A program made the translations under genes and the position numbers. Shown here one piece after another: positions 1-6,688 of a stretch of 10,244 nucleotides of DNA. Source of the DNA: an uncultured Verrucomicrobiales bacterium (GTDB lineage: Bacteria > Verrucomicrobiota > Verrucomicrobiia > Verrucomicrobiales > DEV007); NCBI GenBank assembly GCA_938091905.1, contig CALKOM010000126.1, positions 1 to 10,244 on the forward strand, given 5' to 3'. The notes beneath the pieces are model-generated. The model saw nothing but the letters and a program-made list of their open reading frames with translations. It was not told where the DNA came from and did no database searches. Numbering within the stretch: position 1 is the first letter of the stretch; every line of letters starts with the position of its first letter.

Positions 1-179
1 ATACCCATGTCAACCCACCTGCGCCAATGTCCGTAGATTGTCTCCCAATGGCCAAAGATGGACAGCGTTCGCCAGCTACAGCCTTGTCTGAGTCGGTAGA
101 GAATCGCTCTCAAAACGACCAAGATATCCATCGGGGGTCTGCGCCCTCCTTGCTTAGTGTTAGTATACCTCCTCCGGCA
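1..179 (-). pseudogene. IS5-family transposase N-terminal region (DUF4096-like), partial; could also be translated from the ATG at 131
   Basis: Manual translation gives CRRRYTNTKQGGRRPPMDILVVLRAILYRLRQGCSWRTLSIFGHWETIYGHWRRWVDMG, open to the window edge. This matches the IS5-family pattern GGRP...vl.AIlY.lrtGC.WR.L...fG.W.TvY..frRW...G. The frame is closed upstream by TGA at 180-182, and its only ATG before the core (129-131) is downstream of the GGR-P motif. Not in the supplied ORF track. Confidence 0.8.
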
Positions 180-309
180 TCAGATCATTTTTTTTTGGGG
201 CCTTGGCTTGAGGACCCGCCTTTGCGTGTTCGTTGATCTGTTTTATGTTGGAAATTGATCTTACATCAGGCTTCGTAATCTTCCTCCAGATAGTGTTATA
301 AAACACCCC
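1..309 (-). mobile_element. Left part of an IS5-family insertion sequence (partial, truncated by the window edge; probably degenerate)
   Basis: A transposase-like frame lies at 1-179 on the minus strand. Upstream, the minus strand reads CTAG|GGGGTGTTTTATAACAC (CTAG at 310-313), which fits the YTAR target and G-starting ends typical of IS5-family elements. The partner inverted repeat would be outside the window, so the 309 boundary is inferred. Confidence 0.6.
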
Positions 310-363
310 CTAGTTACTTCATGCGATATTCAGATTACTCGTGGAAGGACAATGAATTCTAGC

Positions 364-369
364 TAAGAT
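364..369 (+). promoter_or_regulatory. Candidate -10 element (TAAGAT) 6 nt upstream of the hydrolase ATG
   Basis: TAAGAT at 364-369 is followed by TTAGGG and the ATG at 376. There is no properly spaced Shine-Dalgarno and no convincing -35. Confidence 0.3.
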
Positions 370-375
370 TTAGGG

Positions 376-1221
376 ATGTCATGGCCACGTCGCCTCATTC
401 GCATGTTCGTTCTGGCCATCATAACCCTTGTCACTACCTTCGCGTGCTTGGTTGGCTGTATGGTGGTGAAGCAAGATGAGATGATCTACATGCCCCGCTC
501 CTATAGCAGCGCGGATGAGCGTCAGTTTGAGCGTGATGGATTGCAAGAACTATCATTCATTCAGCCCGCAGGCAATCAAACGGCTTACTGGCTTGCTTCA
601 CGCCAGGGCAATCCAGATCCCTTCATCTGGCTCGTCTTCTCAGGAAACGGAGGATGCGCTACAGATTACCTTAGCCTTGCACAGGCAGGGCCAGCTACTT
701 GCGGTTGGCTCTTTGTCGACTACCCAGGTTACGGGGCATGCGAAGGCAAACCGAACCCTGATTCCATTCGTACGAATGCCCTGGGAGCTGCCGATGCCTT
801 GGCGTTGCACCTAGGCAAGACGCCGGAAGACGTTCGGTCTCGCCTTGGAACTTTCGGCCATTCCATCGGATCAGCCGTGGCCTTGGACTCAGCGGTCGAG
901 ATGGACTTGAAACAGGTCGTTATTGTCGCGCCATTCACATCCATGAAAGACATGGCGGCAAACTACGTCACCCCGCTGTTCACCTTCCTTCTCAAGCATC
1001 GTTTCGATAACAGAGCCACCATGAAAGAGTTCATCGGTCAAGGTGGCCACGCAACGATCTTTCACGGGGCTGCCGACAACATCATTCCTAGTTCCATGGG
1101 TCGCGAGCTCGCCACTCTTGGCGGAGGAGCAGCGACGTTTATTGAGGTAAAAGGCTCGGGACACAATGATATTATCGCTAGAGCCGAGAGCGAGATTGCT
1201 GAGGCACTGTCACCAAACTAA
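376..1221 (+). CDS. Alpha/beta hydrolase, ABHD13/Bem46-like, with N-terminal membrane anchor (281 aa)
   Basis: Basic N-terminus and hydrophobic helix, then QDEMIYMP. Family motifs are FSGNGG (oxyanion region), VDYPGYG, the nucleophile elbow GHSIG (Ser163, codon 862-864), APFTS, HGAADNIIP (catalytic Asp) and GSGHND (catalytic His). Confidence 0.92.
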   Translation: MSWPRRLIRMFVLAIITLVTTFACLVGCMVVKQDEMIYMPRSYSSADERQFERDGLQELSFIQPAGNQTAYWLASRQGNPDPFIWLVFSGNGGCATDYLSLAQAGPATCGWLFVDYPGYGACEGKPNPDSIRTNALGAADALALHLGKTPEDVRSRLGTFGHSIGSAVALDSAVEMDLKQVVIVAPFTSMKDMAANYVTPLFTFLLKHRFDNRATMKEFIGQGGHATIFHGAADNIIPSSMGRELATLGGGAATFIEVKGSGHNDIIARAESEIAEALSPN

Positions 1222-1287
1222 CGACACGGCGACCGACCAGCGAGTCAGTGAAGAACGCTCATTCTCCGGTTGCAGGGATTCCGAGTC

Positions 1288-1319
1288 TCTACTAGGGACC
1301 ATTACGTATCCCTACTAGA
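1288..1319. promoter_or_regulatory. Imperfect 11-bp inverted repeat ending on the A of the aminotransferase start codon
   Basis: TCTACTAGGGA (1288-1298) pairs with TCCCTACTAGA (1309-1319) at 10 of 11 positions, with a 10-nt loop. The repeat is directly visible; a regulatory role is inferred. Confidence 0.4.
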
Positions 1320-2401
1320 TGAGTTCTCATAAGATCAAGCTCTACAATCCGGGTCCGATCAATGTGTCGGACAAGACTTACGAAGCCATGGCCGAGCCGA
1401 TGATCGGGCATCGCGGCAAGGAGTTTCAGTCCCTCTATGCTGATTGCCAGCCACTACTTCAGGCTTTCTTTGAGACAAAGAACCCGGTGTTTCTCAGCAC
1501 CTCATCTGCGTGGGGTGTGATGGAAGGAACCATCAGAAACTTGGTCGGAAAGAAAGTGCTCAACTGCTGCTGCGGTGCCTTCTCAGACAAGTGGCTGGAC
1601 GTGTCTCTCCGCTGCGGCAAGGAGGCCGAGGCCCTCACCTCAGAGTGGGGACAACCAATCGACCCAGCAGCGCTCGACGCCAAACTAGCCACCGGCGAGT
1701 TTGATACTGTCACTCTGGTTCATAGCGAGACTTCAACCGGTGTGCTGAGCAATTTGGAGGAAATTGCAGCCGTACTGAATAAATATCCCGATGTGTGTAG
1801 CGTTGTCGACACGGTGTCGTCTTTCTCCACAGTGCCTACTCCCGTAGACGCACTTGGCATCGACGTCATGCTAACAGGTTCGCAGAAAGCGCTAGCCTTG
1901 CCGCCTGGTCTTGCCATTTTCACTTGCTCAGATCGTGCGTTCGCAAGAGCCAAGCATCAAAAGGATCGTGGCTACTACTTTGACTTCCTAGAATTTAAGA
2001 AGAACCACGAGAAAGACATGACCCCGAGTACGCCTTGCATTTCCTTGATCTATGGATTGCGGGCCAAGCTTCGCGAGATCGAGGCTGAGGGGATCCAGAA
2101 TCGTTACAAACGCCACGCCAAGTTGAATGCCAAGGTCCATGCTTGGGTTGAGAAACACGGCTACGATTTCTTTGCCCCAGAGGGCTACCGCTCAAAGGCC
2201 CTGACCTGTGTCGCTAATAACAAAGACACCGATATCCCTAACCTGATAAAACTCTTGCGCGAGAACCACTCGCTCATCATCGATGGCGGCTACGGTAAAG
2301 TGAAAGGCAAGACCTTCCGAATCTCGAATATGGGAGATGAAACGGAAGAGACGATGGACAGCGTGCTGAACGCACTCGACGATTCCTTGGCGAAGCTTTA
2401 G
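1319..2401 (+). CDS. Class V PLP-dependent aminotransferase (alanine-glyoxylate / serine-pyruvate aminotransferase family, 360 aa)
   Basis: Motifs NPGP, IGHR, GAFSDKW, VHSETSTGV, VVDTVSS (PLP-binding Asp), TGSQKALALPPG (Schiff-base Lys190, codon 1886-1888), TPSTP and FRISNMG. The substrate cannot be assigned from motifs. Confidence 0.93.
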   Translation: MSSHKIKLYNPGPINVSDKTYEAMAEPMIGHRGKEFQSLYADCQPLLQAFFETKNPVFLSTSSAWGVMEGTIRNLVGKKVLNCCCGAFSDKWLDVSLRCGKEAEALTSEWGQPIDPAALDAKLATGEFDTVTLVHSETSTGVLSNLEEIAAVLNKYPDVCSVVDTVSSFSTVPTPVDALGIDVMLTGSQKALALPPGLAIFTCSDRAFARAKHQKDRGYYFDFLEFKKNHEKDMTPSTPCISLIYGLRAKLREIEAEGIQNRYKRHAKLNAKVHAWVEKHGYDFFAPEGYRSKALTCVANNKDTDIPNLIKLLRENHSLIIDGGYGKVKGKTFRISNMGDETEETMDSVLNALDDSLAKL

Positions 2402-2410
2402 GCTTCGTGC

Positions 2411-4795
2411 ATGATCGCCCGCCTGTTTATTTTTGTCGCCTTCGTCTGCTGTAGTTCTGCGAAGGCGCGTCCGAATATCCTGTTTATTCAGACCGACGAC
2501 CAAGCACCCTGGGCTTTGGGCTTGGAACATGGGCAGGTGCGTACGCCGCACATGGATCGGCTCTTTTCCGAGGGCATGCGTTTGACAAATTGCTTCACGG
2601 TCACCCCCGTGTGTAGCCCCTCGCGAGCGAGCTTGATGACCAGCCGATACGGCTCAGAGCTTGGCATTACCGATTGGATCAATCGCCGAGTCGAACCCAA
2701 GTTGGGTTTGGCCCCAGACCTGCCCAATTGGGTTCGCCTTTTGAGGTCTAGCGGCTACCGGACAGCCTTGATTGGGAAATGGCACCTTGGAACCGAGGAT
2801 GCCTTTCATCCATTGAACCTAGGCTTCGACTACTTCATGGGACACCGTGAAGGTGGTTGGCAAACAAAAGATCCCATTCTGGAGAAAGAGGGCGTCGATG
2901 TAAAACTACCAGGCCTGACCACCGACGTACTCGCCGATGAAGTCATCGACTACCTGGATCATCGGGATCCAGAGAAGCCCTTCTTGTTGTGCTGGCACAC
3001 CCGTGCACCACACACCCGCTGGCTTCCGGTGGACGATGCAGACTGGGAGCCGTTCGCCGAGATCGATCCGGAGATCCCCAACCCAGAGTATCCCAAACTC
3101 AACACCAAGCGCGTGAAGCGCATGACCCGCGAGTACCTTGCTAGTGTCCATGGAGTGGATCGCAATCTTGGCCGAGTTCTGGCCAAACTCGATCAATTAG
3201 AATTACGAGAGGATACCGTAGTAATCTTCACCTCTGATCACGGCTACAGCATGGGCCACCATGGCATCTGGCACAAAGGCAACGGCCATTGGGTCCTCAC
3301 GGAACCACCAGCAGCAACCGACAATATCCCAAAGAATCAGCGCCCAAATCTATATGACCAATCGCTACGCGTTCCCACAGCAATCCGCTGGCCTGGTAAG
3401 ATCGATGTAGGCTCCTCTTACGATGGAACAGTGAGCAATCTTGATTGGTTCCCAACCATCCTCAAGATGGCCAAAGTCAAGTTGCCAGCAACCATGGTTA
3501 TCCGCGGACGAGAAATACCTTATCACGACAATGCTGGCGCCATCGAGCCATTCTTCGCCCAATATTCAACTCATCACCAGAGCCGCACACACATGCGCGC
3601 TATTCGCACGTCATCCTGGAAACTCATTCGAGATTTCCTCAATCCCGATCGCGATGAGCTCTATCACTTAGAGATAGATCCTGGCGAACACACTAATCTC
3701 ATTGACTCACCGGATAGCAAGATCGTCGCCCAGAAGGAGTCGCTTCATGAACGATTGGTGTCATGGATGGCCTCTATCAAAGACCCTGTCACACCAAACG
3801 GTTACGCCGTGACGGATGTAGCCGGGAGAGGAGACGCAGGCTACAGAGGTGACGGCAAACCTGCTGTTGCCGCTCAGTTGAACAATCCATTTGGAATAGC
3901 CGTGGGACCTGATGGGTGCCTCTATGTTTGTGACACAGGCAATCACGTCATACGTAGGATCGATGACGCAGGTATCATCACAACGGTAGCTGGAAATGGC
4001 ACCGCTGGATACTCTGGTGACGGAGGCCCAGCCAAAGAGGCTCAACTACATGAACCCTATGAACTCCGTTTTGACGAGGAAGGACATCTCTTCTTTGTGG
4101 AAATGAAAAACCATCTGATCAGAAGGGTTGATCGAGAGACTTCTATCATTTCCACTATTGCAGGCACCGGGCAGCAAGGCTTTTCAGGTGATGGCGGCTC
4201 CGCCCTCGAAGCAACCTTTTCTCGCCCCCACAGCATTCAATTTGGCCCAGATGGGGACCTCTATATCTGCGACATCGGCAATCACCGTTTGCGCAGGGTT
4301 AACCTACGAAGAGGAACTGTCACCACCTTCTGCGGAAACGGTGAGAAGACTCTTCCAAGGGACGGTCAGTCAATTTCCGGCGCCCCACTTTTCGGCCCAC
4401 GGGCGATCGACTTTGATCACGAAGGTAATCTCTGGCTGGCCCTACGTGAAGGAAATAGGCTCTATAAGCTGCGCCTTGAAGAGGGCACCCTTCATTGGAT
4501 GGCAGGCACGGGCAAGAAGGGCTTCAGTGGCCACGGTGGACCGGCCAAGAAGGCCACCCTCTCAGGGCCTAAGGGCGTCAGTGTGGGGCCCGATGGACGC
4601 GTCTATTTGGCCGATACAGAGAGCCACAGCATTCGCATCTACAACCCTAAAAATCGCCTTCTATCACTCTTATCAGGCGATGGAGCGAAGGGCGTCTACG
4701 CTCGGCCTCATGGTGTCTTTGTTGATCAGGCGGGCACGATTTACGTCGGTGATAGCGAGAACCACCGTATCGCCGCGATCAAGAGGAGACCTTAG
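2411..4795 (+). CDS. Secreted formylglycine-dependent (S1, Cys-type) sulfatase fused to a C-terminal NHL-repeat beta-propeller (794 aa)
   Basis: Signal peptide MIARLFIFVAFVCCSSAKA, then RPNILFIQTDDQ, RTPHMDRL, the signature CSPSRASLMT (Cys68, codon 2612-2614), GKWHLG, FTSDHG and ELYHLEIDPGE up to about residue 460. From about residue 465 there are repeats of the type VAGxGxxGxxGDGGPA...LxxPxG(I/V)xxxxDG. One continuous frame with no stop at the junction. Confidence 0.92.
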   Translation: MIARLFIFVAFVCCSSAKARPNILFIQTDDQAPWALGLEHGQVRTPHMDRLFSEGMRLTNCFTVTPVCSPSRASLMTSRYGSELGITDWINRRVEPKLGLAPDLPNWVRLLRSSGYRTALIGKWHLGTEDAFHPLNLGFDYFMGHREGGWQTKDPILEKEGVDVKLPGLTTDVLADEVIDYLDHRDPEKPFLLCWHTRAPHTRWLPVDDADWEPFAEIDPEIPNPEYPKLNTKRVKRMTREYLASVHGVDRNLGRVLAKLDQLELREDTVVIFTSDHGYSMGHHGIWHKGNGHWVLTEPPAATDNIPKNQRPNLYDQSLRVPTAIRWPGKIDVGSSYDGTVSNLDWFPTILKMAKVKLPATMVIRGREIPYHDNAGAIEPFFAQYSTHHQSRTHMRAIRTSSWKLIRDFLNPDRDELYHLEIDPGEHTNLIDSPDSKIVAQKESLHERLVSWMASIKDPVTPNGYAVTDVAGRGDAGYRGDGKPAVAAQLNNPFGIAVGPDGCLYVCDTGNHVIRRIDDAGIITTVAGNGTAGYSGDGGPAKEAQLHEPYELRFDEEGHLFFVEMKNHLIRRVDRETSIISTIAGTGQQGFSGDGGSALEATFSRPHSIQFGPDGDLYICDIGNHRLRRVNLRRGTVTTFCGNGEKTLPRDGQSISGAPLFGPRAIDFDHEGNLWLALREGNRLYKLRLEEGTLHWMAGTGKKGFSGHGGPAKKATLSGPKGVSVGPDGRVYLADTESHSIRIYNPKNRLLSLLSGDGAKGVYARPHGVFVDQAGTIYVGDSENHRIAAIKRRP
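3800..4785 (+). repeat. About six degenerate NHL-type protein repeats (56-57 aa period) within the sulfatase CDS
   Basis: GYRGDG at 3839, GYSGDG at 4007, GFSGDG at 4178, a divergent copy near 4349, GFSGHG at 4520 and a shortened last unit near 4691. Spacing is 168-171 nt, consistent with a six-bladed propeller. Confidence 0.85.
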
Positions 4796-4804
4796 GAGGA
4801 TTTC

Positions 4805-6618
4805 TTACATGACCGAGGCCAGTGCCAACCAGTCCTTCCGAACAACTTCCGTGACCACGAGTCGAGGATCACTGCCCTGGTAACCAGCATAGGCCAACTT
4901 TAGCGTCAGCTTCACTGGTGACTCCCCATATTGAGCAAACACCTTGTTCAACTCGCCCCCTGCGAGACTCGCGGCATCCGCATAACCAATTACTTTTTCC
5001 TCGCCTCTTGAATAATGTAATGATAGGGCTATTTCCCTAGATCCTCCATTTGATCGTGCAGAGACTTTGCTAGCCAAGACTCTAAACTCCATGGGCAACG
5101 CTGGCTTTTCTGTCAAGAAAGTGCCCCAGTTCATTGCAGAGTAACCAGACAGCGACGGCCAATCTAACACGAACTCCTCATCGTGGCGCCTGACATAGAA
5201 TTCGATGGTTCGTCCATCGGAGTAGGCTCCAGTACCACGAAAGAAATTCACCTCTCCCTGCTCGACATGGGTGAGGTAAGGATCTAGTGAAATTTCGCTT
5301 GGCTCAGTACCATGAACAGTATAGAACGACCTCATTGGGGCTAACATACTCAGGCAATCGGCAACCATCGCGGCTTTTGCCTCAGCGGAGCCAGCCTGAT
5401 GAAAAGCCTGGACTAAGTCTTTGATCTCATTCTGCTCTGCTAGTGTGAGAGGGGGTGGCGCTGGCAGATTGTCACGAGACATGCTCGCAGGTTCAAACTC
5501 TACAGCCTGCTGCTTCTTGGTCTGGTAGAGGTCGTGAATCAGGTATGCAACCGCGAGGCTACCAGCGATATCCCAGCGACGATGGCCAACTTCTTCCATG
5601 TTGCCACCGGATCGGCCGCGATAGCCGACTGCTCAAATTCAATGGCACTCTTGCGACGGGTTTTAAGAAGATTGGTGCTCTCCATGGGTGGAGCCGTCTG
5701 CCGTAGGTTTTCTACTCTACTCTGTCCCGGCTCGCGAAAGGGAAGGTAGGGTTCAGCGGGCTTCTCTTGTCCCGAAGGCTCTGCCATATTTGGAGAACCT
5801 TTAGTTGAACAATCGGTTCTCCCAACCGGCGGAATGTGTCTTGGCTGAATCTCGGGTCGCTGTCCATCTCGTCGTGGCGGAATATGAGATCGGCTAGAGC
5901 GAGGTTGAGACTCGAAAGTCTCAAGAGGTACAATATCATCGGTAGAGCTGGGGGTCTTTGCTTGATGCTTGTCTGAAGGCGACACGTTAAGCTCCTCCGT
6001 AGATCATGCCGCAAAGAATTGTTCAAGCAGATGCAGGCGATCTGGGTGGTTCGAAGGAACACCAGCCTGCTCGTAGTCGCGAAGCGCCCTTACCACCAAG
6101 TCGAGCGTCGACTGGACTGGTGCCGGTTCTTTAATCTGCTTGGATACTTTTTGAAGCCCGGGGACTTGAGCTGGCACATTCTTCTTCGGAGCTGTGTCTT
6201 GCTGCAATGGAACCTCAGGCTGAGGCTTCTGCGGCAAACGCATCGTCGTCTGGCAGCCGTTGCATTGGAATATTTGACCAAGATCCTTTGCAGCAAACGG
6301 GTGGTGATGACCACAACTCGGACATTGGCAATGAAGAGTGTGGTCTCCAGAGGCAGCCTCAAGTGATGAAGCAGGCGTTACCTCCCGATCTTGAGAACTC
6401 CTGGTTATTTGGTGGGACTTTATTGAACCTAATTGGATTGAAGGGACAGGTCGTAGGAAAGGAGGGAGCTCAGTCCGGGACGCTGGAACTGAAGCTCGAA
6501 TCGGCTTCGCGCAGCGTGGGCAAGGGCCTTCAAGCGGTCCTGAGTGCACAGGGATCGTCAGATTACAACCACAGTGGGGACACCCAAAGTGGAAGGTCTG
6601 GGAAGAAATGGCGCCCAT
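4805..6618 (-). pseudogene. Disrupted gene (or two-gene unit) for a double zinc-ribbon, single-pass membrane protein with a C-terminal extracytoplasmic domain
   Basis: ORFs 6004-6618 and 5539-5985 share one frame, separated only by TGA (6004-6006) plus six sense codons (STEELN). ORFs 5539-5985 and 4805-5599 each carry half of one hydrophobic helix (WKKLAIVAGI / IAGSLAVAYLIHD); restoring one base near 5570 joins them. The N-terminus has CPHC..CPRC and CPSC..CNGC. The repaired length would be 604 aa. Confidence 0.7.
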
Positions 6619-6688
6619 TACCGAACAGCCATAATTCCAACAACAACCAAATCAACTCCATATTCTGGAATTCATGCTTTCTAAACTA

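Noticed and set aside
27..236. 69-aa plus-strand ORF
   Set aside because: It is antisense to the recognisable IS5 transposase frame and has no motif of its own.
1319..2401. Calling the aminotransferase phnW, serC or a cysteine desulfurase
   Set aside because: The GSQK motif is AGT/SPT-like, there is no desulfurase catalytic Cys loop, and no phn or ser genes are adjacent. No gene symbol is justified.
3800..4785. 168-171-nt periodicity as a possible DNA repeat array or CRISPR
   Set aside because: The units are degenerate at synonymous positions and in frame, so the NHL protein repeats fully explain them. There are no identical repeats with spacers and no cas genes.
4128..4883. 251-aa alternative-frame ORF overlapping the NHL region
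   Set aside because: Its Arg/Ser/Ala/Pro-rich composition is typical of a shadow frame over Gly-rich repeats, it has no motif, and it runs into the convergent gene.
180..6006. TGA reassignment or selenocysteine: no intact gene here ends in TGA, and two plausible frames are interrupted by TGA (180-182 and 6004-6006)
   Set aside because: The five intact genes (over 2400 codons) contain no internal TGA, the third interruption is TAA, and neither TGA lies in a redox Cys-like context. The stop-codon sample is too small to mean anything.
5712..6062. 116-aa minus-strand ORF as a bridge over the TGA at 6004-6006
   Set aside because: Using it needs two compensating frameshifts, whereas the flanking ORFs are already in the same frame.
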